A stretch of DNA of 64,000 bases, from assembly GCF_009914755.1 (NCBI RefSeq), contig NC_060932.1; one strand, written 5' to 3'. This document shows positions 36,453 through 61,606 of this stretch, piece after piece (positions within the stretch are counted from its first letter, which is position 1; each line of letters opens with the position of its first letter). Under the pieces are notes generated by a model. That model was not told the origin of the DNA and did not search any database. It saw only the letters and a list, made by a program, of their open reading frames with translations. The position numbers and the translations under genes were made by a program. This DNA is from the human T2T-CHM13v2.0 reference genome, Homo sapiens.

Positions 36453-37669
36453 AACGTCCACCTTTCATATTATATTTCCACAATTAAAGCCCTATCTTGT
36501 CAGTCTATCTGGGTGGAGACCCTTACCTCTTTTGGGGGAAAACACCAACACCTCATGGAGCTGGCAGTAAAGAGGAAGGATCTTGAACTTTAGGGCTAGA
36601 GAGACCTGGTATCAAATCCCAGCTCTATTGCTGTTAATCAGCTATGTGACCCAGACAAGTCACGTGACATCTCCATGCCTCAAGCGCAGTAATAACTGAC
36701 ATGCCAGGAATACTATCTACCCCGTACAGCTGCGGCTGCGAGGATTCCATGAGTAATGCATAGTCCAAGGTGCCACATAGTAGGCTTGAAATTCAGACAA
36801 ATTCCTTACAAGTGGGAGGAAGCCAGCTGGGAAATCAGACAGACCTGGATTTGAATCCCAGACTAGCTCCTTTGCTCTGTGACCTTCAGCAAGTCGCGGC
36901 ATCTCTCTGGCCCATTATTGTCTCATCCATAAAATGAGAACCTAATAATGGGTGTTTTGCAGGGCTCTGGGGCTGCGGGCAGGATTGGTGATAAAACACG
37001 CTGAGGGCCTGCTTTGGAGGGGGCTCTCATCTGGGATTGCAGTCAGGGATCAGTGTCCTTCTCATAATTATGCATTTTCCCCTCTCTCCTTTGTCTCCCC
37101 TGCTCTTTCCCCGCTGCTGCGCAGGTTTGCGGAGGCCAGTGTTGACTGTTCCACAATGGCTTGGAGGGGAGGACAGTGGCAGGGAGCAGAGCGGTGCCCA
37201 GGAGCCACCAATCCATGGCAGTCAGGCAGCCTTCTAGCCTCCTGCTGCCCGAGAGTCAGCTGACCTTGATCTTAGTTCAGGGGAGCAGAGAGCAGTCTGG
37301 CTTCTCTGACCTTATCCAGCCATCAGCACCTCCGGTGCTCAGAAACTCCCCTTCTGGGGAGAAGTGGTTAAGTGAGAGGGCTGGAGTCACAGAGGCCCTA
37401 AGTTTGAAGTGTAGCTTTAGTACTTACCTGCTGAGGAAATGAACTGCTTCATCCTCAGTTGCCTTACCTGTAAAATGGGTGGTAAGAATTCCTGCCTCCT
37501 GAGATCATTTCGCAGTTTAAATCAGTTCACGCCTGTAAAATATTTCCCACACTCCTGACACATACAAAGTGCTCAGTGAATGTTGGCTATCAAGAATTTG
37601 GGTCAAAGAAGGTCAAAATCAACGAGTCGATTCATTACAAATGTGCTAAACTGTGCTTCTTGTTAAGTA

Positions 37670-37805
37670 GGGCTGGGGGATCTTGTTAAGATGAGCATTC
37701 TGTTCATCAGGGCTGAAGTGGGGCCCAAGACTCTGCATTTCCAACCAGTTCCTGGGTGAGGCCGATGCTGCTGGCGTTCAGACCACAAGTAGAACAGCCC
37801 AGGGT
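37670..37805. mobile_element. MER5A-like hAT DNA transposon relic
   Basis: CTTGTTAAGATG...GTGGGGCCCAAGACTCTGCATTTCCAACCAG...GATGCTGCTGG...GACCAC. Confidence 0.75.
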
Positions 37806-37808
37806 TGA

Positions 37809-38072
<264 letters not shown>

Positions 38073-40204
38073 TAACTCCTGGGCTCAAGCGATCAGACTG
38101 CCTCAGCCTCCCAAAGTGCTGGGATTACAGGCATGAGTCACAGAGCCCAGCAAAACCCATTTTCAAACAGTGACCTGTTAAGGCTTGGTTCTGATGAGCT
38201 AATTCCTGAAAATCGGTATATTCGGGGTAAATCCAGGAGAAGGGGAGTGGAGAGGAGCTGGTATGATTGAGTAGCTGCTCGGTGTTGGCATTGTTGAAAG
38301 AATTATCTCCTGGAATGTTGACAGCCTCCCTGAGGGATATTACCATTTCCATTGTACAGATGGGGAACCAAGACTCAGATGTTAAGTGACTTGCTCAAGC
38401 GGGACTGGGGGAGGGCTTGGTCTCTCTGCCTCCAATCCCATCACGGTCCTCTACCTTGGAAGCAATGGCAGGAGCCTGAGAACACAGCCGAGAGGATCCT
38501 AGGCAAGCCATCTCCTCTCTCGAGACCACAGCTTCCCTGTTAGCAAAATGGGTGGCCTGGGTGTAAATGACCTCCAAGCTCCCTCCCACCCTCCTGTTGG
38601 AAGAGTTTGTGCTATCTGCTCTTACTCAGCATTCATCTGGCTGTGTCCCCACTCGCTTCCTAATTTGGTGCTGACGTTCTGGTTGCAGACATATCAGTTT
38701 CACCCTGTCATGTCAGTAACACCAGCAGAACTGCTGGACGCAGTCATCTTCCCAACAGCAGACGAAACGGTGTAGCAGTGACCAGAATAAACTCAGCACT
38801 TGGGCCAGACAGAACATTCTCCCATACCCGGAGATGAGCCTTTCAGCATCCGCAGGTACAAAATGTCACTTGCATCAACTCAAAGTCACATGGAATCCAG
38901 TTTCACCTGGAGCCCAGTCTTGGAGAGGCAGGAAGAGGGGCCTACATTGCTAAGACAGGCTCATGTGCACCTGCTGAGATCATACACCAGAGGCTAGACC
39001 TAGGCAGGATTCCTAACTGGGTTCAGATCCAGCTCTGCCACTCCCTGGTGTATGACCTTTGGCAAGTTATTTAATTTCCCCAGGCCTCAGTTTCCTTGTC
39101 TCTAAAATGAAGCCAATGGCAGTAGTTGTCTTGTGGGGTTGTGGTAAGAATTAAATGAGTTTATACACAAAAAGCTCTCAGAACAGCGCCTGGCACGTGA
39201 TAAGCACTCGTTGCATGCAAGTCATCCCATAAAAGTGAAATCCATCACGTTTATCTGTTTTGCTTATTGTTGGATACCCAGTACCTAGAATGATGCTTTA
39301 TAGTGGTAAATATGAATATTTGTATAATGATTAAATCAGGGGGTTCTAGTGTATGTGCTGCCAAAGTGAGCACTAAATCAGCAAGGTTCCAGAGTGGTAG
39401 TTTTCAAACTGTGTTCCAAGGAACCCTAGGTTGCATCCCACTGTATGGTGGGATGGAGGGAGTGCAAAGAAAGACGAAAAAGCATCATTCTGCTCTTTAC
39501 TCCTGCCCAGAGCCTCGCTGATTTATATGCTTTGTATGTTTATTTACATGCTTTACATGCCACCGAACCATGGCAGTCAGGCAGCCTTCTAGCCTCCTGC
39601 TTACATGCAGAGAGCAGTCTGGCTTCTCTGACCTTGTCCAGCCGTCAGCATCTCTAGTACTGAGAGGAACAGGTTGGAGACACTATTTTAGATAGAATGG
39701 CAGCGAGAAGGCCTCTTCTGAGGAGATGACATTTGAGTAGCAACCTGAGGAAAGTGAGAGGCAGAGTCTTCCAGGTAAAGGGATTAGCAAGTGCAAAGGC
39801 CCTGGAACAGGAAAGTGCTTTGTGTGTGTTGGGGACAGCAAAACCGAGGCTTAAATCAGACAATGTGTGTACATTTTTTGAGACTGTGCTTGAGACACAT
39901 TGGCTGTGACTATCACTGGTGTCATTTTATCTTCATGATGAGAAGGGCAAGTCCCATTAGATTCACATTTTATTTTATTTTGAGACAGAGTCTCGCTCTG
40001 TCGCCCAGGCTGGAGTGCAGTGGGGTGATCTCTGGTTCACAGCAGCCTTGACCTCCTGGGCTTAAGGAGGGCTCAAGCGATCCCCCGGCCTCAGGCTTCT
40101 GAGTAGCTGCGACTATAGGCATGGGCCACCGTGCCTGGCTAATTTTTGTAGAGACAAGGTCTCCCCATGTTTCACAGGCTGGGATTTTATGTTACATTAA
40201 AAAT

Positions 40205-43300
<3,096 letters not shown>

Positions 43301-44104
43301 CACAGATAGCAAGACAGAAAGGTGCAAGACTTCGTCCCCCGCCTCTGTGTCAAATAGAATATCTAGTGCAGTGTGAGTGTTGTCAGAGAAGGGGTGAAGG
43401 TGCAAACTGGGGGAGTCCTCATGTGAGAAATGGGGCTCTAAATGGCCTACCAAGGTGGCCCTCATGGTAGCCAACAGCGAGCACCTCCGTGATGAAACCA
43501 CCAACCCGAAAACAGCACGCAGGTCGGCCAGGGAGGTGCCTGGTGGGGTGTTTCTCTTGGTGTTCTCAGAGATTTGTACTCCTCTTGCGTAAGCCGCAGA
43601 TTAGGAAAGCATTAGGTAACGACAGGGTGGCCGGAGCGTATTACACACCGGCCTGGCTTGGGGCCACGGAATGTGGCCTGCGGGGATGGCCTTGCCTAGC
43701 AAGTCAAATATAGCTTGATCCAGGAGAGAGATGGCTTCCTCTCTCCCTGCTGCAGCCAGAATGATATTCCGCTGGTCTCTGGCACCAGGAAAACAGGGTC
43801 TCTGGAGCCTCCTTGGTGTCGCACAGCCTCCGGAGGTAGAAGTGGGGAGGGAAGCCAGGAGTCCTTGGGAGCCGCATCATTCATTCCACTTTAAGGAGTC
43901 AGACTACAGAGCCTTTGCCCAGGGGAAAGTTAGCAACAAATAGCAATTCATTGCTAACCTCCTGCCTCCTCCAGTTCCAACATGGCCCGACCCCCACTAA
44001 GGACCACTTAGAGTTGATCTTCACCATCCCAAACCAGGGACCAAGGAGACTGCTCCTTTCACATAGCACTGCCATGGCTCAGATATTTGTCCAGCATCTA
44101 CTTA

Positions 44105-46618
<2,514 letters not shown>

Positions 46619-48239
46619 TTACCTCCCTGGAGCACTGCCTGCTTTTGATAGCTTCAAACACCACTCTGGACTCTCAAATGTCTGTCTTCAGCCCAGATCT
46701 TATTCTCCAACTCCAGGCCTGTAAATCCGATACTACCTGGGTGAGTATCAGCTCCAACTGGATGACAACTGTCTCAGCTCAGACTCAAAGAGCCTAAAGC
46801 TGAAAGTATCATCATCAAACTGAAAGCTTCTCGGGTTACCAGCTGTCTTAGCTTGATGAGACATAGCCATTGGCCCAGTTAGTTGGTCAACACAAAAACC
46901 TGGGAGTAATTTTAAACTCTTCTTTTTCCATTATTTCTCACATGCAATGTTCATTAAGTCCTGTTTCTGCTAGTTACCTCTGATGTTGACCATTCAACAA
47001 GTATTTATTGGTCCCTCAACAAATATTTATGAGACCCCACTATGTGCCAGGTAATGAGCATATAGCAGTGAATAAAACTGGCAAAAATTCCTGTCCTAAG
47101 GTGCTGATATTCCAGTGGCATGTTGGAAACCACTGATCTGTTCAATGAAACCTTTGTCATTGCAAGCCACTGGGAACTGGAGGCTGTTTGTTACTGCAGC
47201 ATAACCTAGTCCATTCTGACGAATACACCAGTAAGCAGTGCACCACAGCAGTGAGGAAAGAGCTGGAAAAGGAATGTATAGTGTTCTGTGGGAACACACA
47301 GGAGGGGAGGAGAGAACAGACATTAACCCTATAGGAGAGGTCTCTGAATGATTTCTACTTTTCATCTGCATCCCCCTTGCCTTTCCCTGGCTCAGGCTTT
47401 CCTAACGTCTTGCCTGGGCTTTGTCAATATTCTTGTCTTTGAACTTCTCCCTATGAGCTATTCTCTACCCTTCTAAAATGTAAATCTGATTGTGCCACTC
47501 CCTTGCTAAATCTGATAATGATACCCTGTTGCCCATAAGAAGAAAGTTAGACTCTTTAGCTTGGCATACTTTGTTCCTCATGATGTAGTCTCTGCAAACT
47601 TCCCAACTTCCCGAATACTGGGCCTAACTCTGATAACTTGGGATTCTTTGACCATCTGTTTGTTCTTCTCTCCATGCCTTTGTACACCCTGTTCCCTCTA
47701 CATGGAATATATTCTCCTTTTCCTCCTGGAAAACTCCTACTCATGTTCCAAGGTTCTGATCAAATGTCCTCTCCACCTTGAAGCCTTCCCTGATATCTCC
47801 AGGCAGAGTTAAGGCCCTCGTCCACTGTGTGCCTGAAGATTCCTGCTCATCTTTATTTCCCAGTGCTTTGCACACTGAAATTGCTGCTAGCCCGATAGTC
47901 CTTGGAGAGCAGGGACTGGCCTCTGTGCCTGACACCTAGAGTAGAGGGGGTGTCTGACACATAATAGGTGTTCCAATCATGTGTGTTGAATGAATGAATG
48001 AGTGATTCAGTGACAAAGAACACTATATTCTACCCACTGGGCAGGATGAGGGCTGGGGAAGGGAGACACTCCACACTCAGGTGGTGAGGTGACTGTGGGT
48101 GAGGTTAATACAGAGATAAAGGCAGTCATGGTGAGAAGCCGTGCAGTATTAGAGGAAAAGCACTGCACTCAGATTCTCAGGTTATGGCTCTTTCTCTTCC
48201 CAGCTGCATGCCCTTGGGCAAGTCACTTTCCTTGATCCT

Positions 48240-49220
<981 letters not shown>

Positions 49221-49907
49221 CAGTCTTTTTTTTTTTTGAGACAGGGTCTCACTCTATTGCCAAGGCTGGAGTGCAGTGGCATGATCATGGCTCACTGCAG
49301 CCTTGACGTCCTGGACTCAAGGGATTCTCCCACCTTAGTCTCCTGAAGAGCAGGGACTACAGGTGCACACCACCACACCTGGCTAATTTTTGTATTTTTT
49401 TTGTAGAGATGGGGTTTCATCATGTTGCTCAGGCTCGTACTTCACTGTCTTGATGGCCTTATCTTCCTGCTGGGGATGCTGTGAGCTATGTGCCTCCTGA
49501 GGTCCACAGGTTTTGAAGGTCAAATGAAACAACACTTGTAAAGCACTTGATGAATTACTGTTATTGTGCCAACATACAAATGAGGCTTGGTCCCCTGGGC
49601 AGCAGCTGGCACCTGTGGGAGTTTCCTCCTGCTAGCAGACACACCTTCTTCTGGTGACCTGGCATGGAGACTGCTTGCCTCCTGGTGATGATGGGTTCAC
49701 TCCCCTTTCTATGGGAGAGGTGACCAGAGGAGAGCTTTCCATCTTGGGGCAGAGTAAATCTAGATGCTCCAGGCCAAGTTAAAGAACCCTCAACCTTGCT
49801 TAATTCAACAAACCTTGGGGGCACTGTGCCAGGCATGGGGTGTGGCTGTGACTAGTGCCCAGACCTTGCCTTCCAGAGGCTCTGTTTAGTGGCAGATGTA
49901 GCCCAGT

Positions 49908-50300
49908 TGTGATATAATATTACTATCCACCAAAGTTCACTGTTCCTCCCTTTAAACGGATGGCAGATCATGGCCATGTTCAACAAGGTATAGTCATTTA
50001 ACTTGCTTTGAACAATGAAACGTGAGGAGGATAAACGTGTATTACTTCTGGACAGAAGCCTTAAGGCCAGCACCAGGTTTAACACATTTCTTTTCTGTCT
50101 CTCATAACAGCCAGCAATGCCCTCAGAAACAGGCTGCACTGTTCAATTGGGCTCCAGAGTGACGATGGGTGAACAGAACAGCAGTCAACCTGTGGTGGAC
50201 ATGTAGGGTGAGTGAGAAAGAAACCTTTGTCATTGTAAGCCACTGGGAATTGGGGGCTGTTTGTTACTGCAGCATAACCTAGCCCATCCTGACTAATACA
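49908..50300 (+). mobile_element. Complete MLT1 solo LTR, TG...CA with 5-bp TSD CCAGT
   Basis: CCAGT at 49903-49907 and 50301-50305; ends in GCAGCATAACCTAGCCCATCCTGACTAATACA. Confidence 0.85.
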
Positions 50301-50347
50301 CCAGTAAGCAGTGCACCATAGCAGTGAGGAAAGAGCTGGAATAGTAA

Positions 50348-50768
<421 letters not shown>

Positions 50769-51529
50769 GTTTCTACTTTTCATCTTGTACTCAATTACTC
50801 CTCCAACAAATGAGAGAGGAATTATTATTCTCATTTGTCAGGTAAGGAACTTTCAGCTCAGAGATGTTAAATTTCACAGGGTCCTTCAGCTTCTCAAGCA
50901 TGGGGTTGGTATTCAAATTTAAGTCTTGGTGATACCTACACCCCAGATTTTTAAAAGAAAAATGATATCAAAAATAGCTAACACTTACGTAGCACTTCCT
51001 GTGTGCAAGTGCCTGATAGTGTGCTAAGAGCTACGCATGAATGAACGCATATAACCCTTATATCAAGCCAATGAGGTAGGTATATTTTTATCCTCCATTT
51101 TACAGATGAGGAAATTGAGACCAAATGCCAGCTCCCACATCACACAACTGGCATTTGAAGCCCAGAAGTCTGGCTCTGGAGTACATACTCTTAACCACTG
51201 CACTTAGCTGGTTCTCCCAGGCTCATGGGGGAGAAAGGTGAGCACTCAGATAACTCCACCCTCTGTGTGCTTTGCTTGGGTGATCTCACCAACACCATGG
51301 CTTCAACCATTACATATCAGTTTCCACATATTCAGCATGGATCTTCTTCTACTTCCTATTAAACTCTGTACCTGGGTATCTGGTGGCCATTACAAACAAG
51401 TGTCAGTCCTCAGTAGGTCACTGTCAGACTGCAATGCACAAACTACAAGGGATCCTCTTGCTGCAAATCTTCCTGTGTCTTCCCATCATCTTCCCTTAGC
51501 ACAGTACCCCTGCTGTTGCTATTTCTCCA

Positions 51530-51969
51530 GCCTCAACTGGAAACCACCCAAATGTCCATCAACTGGTGATTGTATAAACCAACTGTGGTACATCCATACA
51601 ATGGAATACTACTCAGCAATGAAAAGGAACACACTGATACATGCAACAGCATGGGTGAGTCTCAAGAGCATTGGACTAAATGAAAGAAACTGGAAAAAAA
51701 AGAGTATCTACTGTATGATTCCAGAAAGTTCTAGGAAAGGCAAAACCATAATGAAAGAGAACAGATCAGTGGTTTCCAGGGGTTGGGGGGTGGGTGGCAG
51801 GAATTGAGTGCAAAGATGCACAAAGGACATTTTGGGGGTGATGGAAATATTCTATACATGATTGTGGTGGTGGTGAACAGGTGTACACATTTGTCAAACT
51901 CATAAAATTTAAAATGTACACTTAAAACAGAGGCATTCTATTTATGTAAATGACACTTCAATAAAGCTG

Positions 51970-51970
<1 letters not shown>
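51530..51970 (+). mobile_element. L1M 3' end (ORF2 C-terminal remnant + 3'UTR + AATAAA)
   Basis: [29 protein letters not shown] resembles the L1 ORF2p C-terminus. Confidence 0.85.
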
Positions 51971-52416
<446 letters not shown>

Positions 52417-53019
52417 TAGACCTCAAGCTTCTCCAGCCTCTTTTCCCGCTGTAATTGCCATCTCTTCCACCGTAGCACAGTGGCTGTACTCCCTGGATGC
52501 TCAGGGAGCGATGGGCTAAGAGTTATTAGTGACTTGTCAAAGTCATGTGGCCACTGTAAAAAGTCTTTCCTTGCCTTTAAGACAAATTTCAAGCCCCTAA
52601 ATACTTGGGCTGGAATACTTCTGACCCGAATGCCATAGGCTGTATCCAACCACAGTTCATCAGCTCTCTGGTCTGAAGAGAGACGCAGACAGAGGATTCG
52701 GAGGGCTCCCGACCACCGGTCGCTGTTCCTGGCAAGGACTCTGAGCAGAGGTTCTCCTGGTCACTGTTACCCCCATAGCCCTTTACTGGTTCAGCTGTGT
52801 ATCATGCATCCTAGAAAGGAACACTAAGCCCCAGGAGGGAAGGGGCTGTGTTTGTCTTTCTTGTCAATGTTTCTCTAGTGCCTAGCACAGTGCTTGGCAT
52901 GCAATAAAATTACGATATATATATATATTTTAAAACAAATAGATTGTGAAGTTTGGACATCTGGAATAAACATGTTGTTTGTAGCTGAAAATATTGGAGT
53001 CATTTTTATTTATTTTTAA

Positions 53020-54470
<1,451 letters not shown>

Positions 54471-54884
54471 GTCAAGAGCTGCACCTATTTTTCAGATCTA
54501 AATGCAGCTTATTAGTTTAGATGAAAATGTGTTGTGGTTGACGTTATATGCTTGCGAAATTGCCATGCTGATAAGGGATAGGCGGACTTAATCCCCAAAC
54601 AGAAAACAAAATGAAACAAAATTACACAAATCCCCCACTTACCCCACCTCCCAAATGCTTTCCACCCTCGACTTCACTTTCCCCCCACAAAGCAACAATA
54701 CTGCCATTTCTGGATATTGGTAGCTCTTTCTAAAGGGAATTGAACTGACTCAGAAGGAACCAGGAAGTAGTTGCATATTCAGCCCGCTCCGGATCAACCC
54801 CTATCTGTTTCTGTGCTTTCTTTCCAAACAAATCTTTTTAGAATCAGAAGGGAGGGAACTGATTCTGTTCTCAAGGATCTACCC

Positions 54885-55191
54885 GGCCGGGCGCGGTGGC
54901 TCACGCTTGTAATCCCAGCACTTTGGGAGGCCGAGGCGGGCGGATCACGAGGTCAGGAGATCGAGACCATCCTGGCTAACATAGTGAAATCCCATCTCTA
55001 CTAAAAATACAAAAAAATTAGCCAGGCGTGGTGGCGGGCACCTGTAGTCCCAGCTACTCAGGAGGTTGAGTCAGGAGAATGGCATGAACCCAGGAGGCGG
55101 AGCTTGCAGTGAGCAGAGATCGCGCCACTGCACTCCAGCCTGGGCGATAGAGCAAGTCTCCGTCTCAAAAAAAAAGAAAAAAGAAAAAAGA
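54885..55191 (+). mobile_element. AluY with 12-bp TSD AAGGATCTACCC
   Basis: TSD copies at 54873-54884 and 55192-55203; Y diagnostics. Confidence 0.93.
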
Positions 55192-55956
55192 AAGGATCTA
55201 CCCAACTAGGGAGCCTCTCCCTCTGTCCCTTTCTCCTTTACACATTTAGTCCCTGCTGTGTTCCAGGAGCCACCCTTGAGCTGAAAAGTTGACTGAAACA
55301 GGGCTCTTGTCTGGGATTTGGAAGGAGAGATACCCGATGTATGAGCACGGCCCCACATCATAGGTGTTGGAGAGGCGGATATGTACCTGGGATTGTGTGG
55401 CCCAATGAAGGGAAGATTATTCTTTTGGGTCTGCATGAAGCATGCCAGTCAAAGGGAATTGGGCAGGAAAGGATGCCAATCAAATGAGCAGATTAATGAG
55501 CAGGGTAGTCCCCCACCAGTCAGGGGACAATAAAAGCTAGATTTAACTTGGCCCATTCTTTCTCAGATACCATCGACCTTTGCGTGAATGTGAGGTGACT
55601 GTTCTCTTCCAAAGTCTGCCTTTGTGATGGCAACTGGTTTACTTTGTACCCAGACTCGCCTGAGGGAGGGAAGCCAGCTTATCCAGAGGCTGTGCTGCGG
55701 TGTACCAAGCCCTAATCCTTAAATCCTTGGCTCTCTTCCACATAGCACATGTCAAACCAATCCCTAGGAGTGGGCAGGACAGCACTTTGCAAAGCACTCT
55801 GAATCTTGAGCCAGAGGTTTGGGTTTGATTTAATATTAGTGAAAATTGCCTCTATTGGGGCATATACAAAACTCCTGCCTAAGTGCCTTATGTGTATCAT
55901 GTCATCCAACCTTCCAGACTGCATACGATAATGATGACACTAATAAGAGTTACTAA

Positions 55957-56850
<894 letters not shown>

Positions 56851-57594
56851 GGGTACAAATATTATCCTCATTTTATAGATGAGTAAACCAGGGCACAGAG
56901 TGGTTAAGTAACCAGCCCATGATCACTCAGCTGCTAAGTGGTTGACCTAGGATCCCTGGCAGGGTGGCCCTGGAGCCTTGTTCCGGAAGCATGTACCGTA
57001 TTGCAGAGGAGGAAACAAACTCAGACAGTAAGGTAACAAACTGAGGGGAGCCAGTAAGGATTTCAATGCAGATTCTTCTGACTGCAAGACCAAACTGTTG
57101 ACTGCTAGCCTGTTTTCCCCTTGACTAACTGTGTGTCTTGGGGCCTCTTTCTGGGCATCAGTTTCCCAGTCTCAGTAAAGCCTTCTGAATTTTCCTTGCT
57201 GGGGTGGTGAAAGGCTTGGTTGAGAGCCTGTGTGAACCTCACGGTGCCATATTAACAGTCGCGAGAATGTAATTGATTCTATGATGTTGTGGTTCACTGG
57301 AAACTTGGCAGGGGTGGAGTAGGACCCTGAAGAAAGCTGGCACTATGTCAAGTGGCCAACGGGAGCTCAGCCCTTCCTGTTCTCTCTGAGTATTTGTAGC
57401 TCTTTAGTATTTCCTGTGCTCAGCCCCATTCAGAGATCACCAAGTCAAACACCTAAAATCCAGGGTCCCTGTGTTTGAGGAAGTTTGCATTCTAAGATAT
57501 TTCTTCCCAGGCTGGTACCCTAGAATGTCATCGTTCCATAGGCTGCCTTTGTCATCATTTATGAAATTTGTCAACTGTTGGTCCAGAGGTCTGA

Positions 57595-57822
<228 letters not shown>

Positions 57823-58299
57823 GAAGCTGAGGTGTGGCAGCTTCAGCGTTTGGCTCCATTATTCCCTCAGGCATGAAATCTTCCTCTCTAGCCTTGTTTA
57901 AATCTCAACACTTCCCTTTCCAAATGATTTCTAAGGGGAAACATAAAAAGAATGTTCCAGAATACTCTGTTGGCCCAGGGGTGATTTGCCAGAACAGTTT
58001 CCTGGATTACGGCCTCTTCCCCCATCAGCAAATCATGTGAAACAAACTACTGTCAGCTGTAAACCCTGAATGTGGGAAAAAGAGCTGACACACAGGGCCC
58101 ACTTTCGTAAAGCTGACATTTCTCATGAATAGCGAATTCCTGAGTGTGGGCAGTAGACCAAGGCCAGGAATTCTCATTAGCTGGTGATAATCAGGCATGA
58201 CTTGGACTGTGGAAGGCAGCTGGGCGGAGAGGTCATAGGTATGGGCAGGGGTGAGCCACAGCTGATAGCTGGGCGCGATCTGCCTGGATTGTTACTGAA

Positions 58300-58479
58300 A
58301 TACTAACATGCTCTTTATGGGTTAGTAACTCCCTTCACCTCCCCAACGGCTCCTACCCGCTGGGACCTTCACCTCCCCATGATCCAACAGTGAAAGATTT
58401 AATACCCACATGACAAGGGCCTTCCAGACATGGTCCAGCTGGGGTCTGATGCTGATTTGGATAGATCCATGGCAAACTG
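58300..58479 (+). ncRNA. Candidate first exon of the TRIB1-associated lncRNA (TRIBAL/TRIB1AL); 5' end unknown
   Basis: Strong donor CTG|GTGAGT at 58479/58480 in unique sequence ~28.6 kb downstream of TRIB1. The identity rests on my recollection of the locus layout, not on the sequence. Confidence 0.35.
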
Positions 58480-59094
58480 GTGAGTAAATATGTTAAATGC
58501 CTCTCCTGGCTGTGGGACGACAGTTCCCTCCTTGGGCCCCAGCCTCCTTCCTGCTTCTGAGACCATGGCCTCTGATCTCACCTCTTTAGAGCTGAAGGAC
58601 ATCTAGGACATGAGCTCAGCTGATTGTTTCCCATTCAGTGGCTCAATCCCACCCCTTTCACATTCAACCTCCCTGAAGTCAGCATTCACTGTTTTTTTAT
58701 TTGTTTGGCCTTTTTTTTTTTTTAAACCCTTATCTCTGTAGCATTTCCTCACTTTCCTAAACAGAGTTAGTCACTTCCTTCTGTGTGTTCTCATAATACT
58801 TACAAGCCATATCTCTATGATCCAATTTTATGAACACTGTTATTTTCTTTTTCATACGTATGAAAGATTGTGAATATTTCTTTTCCTTTTTTTTGCTTTG
58901 GCTTCTGGGAAGCTCAGAGCCCAATTTGTAGTTTCCCTCAATTAAGCAATCGATGTAGGCTTTGTGAATTCACTTTGTCTCTGGCTTCATGTTAAGTTCA
59001 GCCTTTCTTTCCTCCATTTCTTTATTAATATATATTTGTATTATATTCATCTCTGTGATTCATCTCAAATGCTAAAATTATTTTTTGCATTGTC

Positions 59095-59945
<851 letters not shown>

Positions 59946-61139
59946 AAGTAAAATCAGGAGAGTGTAGCAGGTGTTGGGCAAACAACAAACATGTCTGCTA
60001 GTGTGAAATTCACCGGCAATGCCTTAGCATGGTGTCTAGCACACAGGGGTGCCTAAGAAATGGATAGTCGGGTTGATTTTAACAGCTCCCTGGGTCGGGG
60101 AGACAGGGTTGGACCTTGAATCACAGAAACATGAATTTCAGTCCCAGCTGTGCCATTTCCAGCTGTATGATCTTGAATAAGCCACTGAACTTTTCTAAAC
60201 CTCAGTTTCCCCCAATTCTGTAGAAGGGGACTAATTGTTCCCAAATGAACACAACTGTCAGTGAAAGCACTTTGCAAAGGATTAAGACAAATATTAGGCA
60301 AAACTACTGTGACCATGGAATTTCAAAAGACTAGAATTTCTCTTCAGATCTTGAATTCTCTGCTCTTCCTTACTGCTACCCTCAATGGCTGATGAGGACT
60401 CCCACATTTTAGGGAAGAATTGAGATCACGTCCAAGCTCCTACTTGGACTTCATCCTCACCTCCTTCTGAGCCTCCCATGGCCAAATGCAGTGATTCCCC
60501 AACTCCCCTGTACCCCGCCCTGCCCTTAGCACATTTCTAGACCCTGGAACTTTGGGTGAAATCCCATTTATCACACCGATCTCCCTTGGCCACCTCCTAG
60601 CACTGTGTCACAGTGTCAGCAGGGCTGTTCACTTCTCTGCCCTTGCTCTCTATCACTCATGAGTCAAAGTTCTCTGAGCTCATTCCGTGTTGGTGGCCCC
60701 CTGTGAAGGGTTTCACCAAACACCACTGTGGCCTGGGCGCTGGCTTCCATCCACTGACCCAGTGCAGCTCCTGGCTTCTGACTTCTTTCTGTTCCTCTCT
60801 GGACTTATTTTCTCCCACTCCTTCCTGTGACTGTTTAATATACCAAGATGTTCCCTGTCTTGATGCTATCACTTGACTCCACTGGCTTTGGCTTTTTATT
60901 GTACTTCCTTTTTTTTCCCTTCATTTGTAATGCATTCATCCACCTGCATCAACGTGGCTTTGTTCTCCACCACTTCTCAGCAATAACTGACCTCCCAAAG
61001 GCCAAGCACCCCAGCATGGCTAGGTCTTCTCTTCCTGATGCTCCTCATGGCTTCCATATTTTCCCTGAGACTCCTTGGGGCCCCCAAGTCACCTCCCCTC
61101 CCTTCTCTTCCTCCAGCCATTTCTTTTCATCTTCTTTAG

Positions 61140-61606
<467 letters not shown>

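Noticed and set aside
51238-51807. 189-aa ORF with a protein-like C-terminal half
   Set aside because: Remnant of the L1 ORF2 end; not an independent gene.
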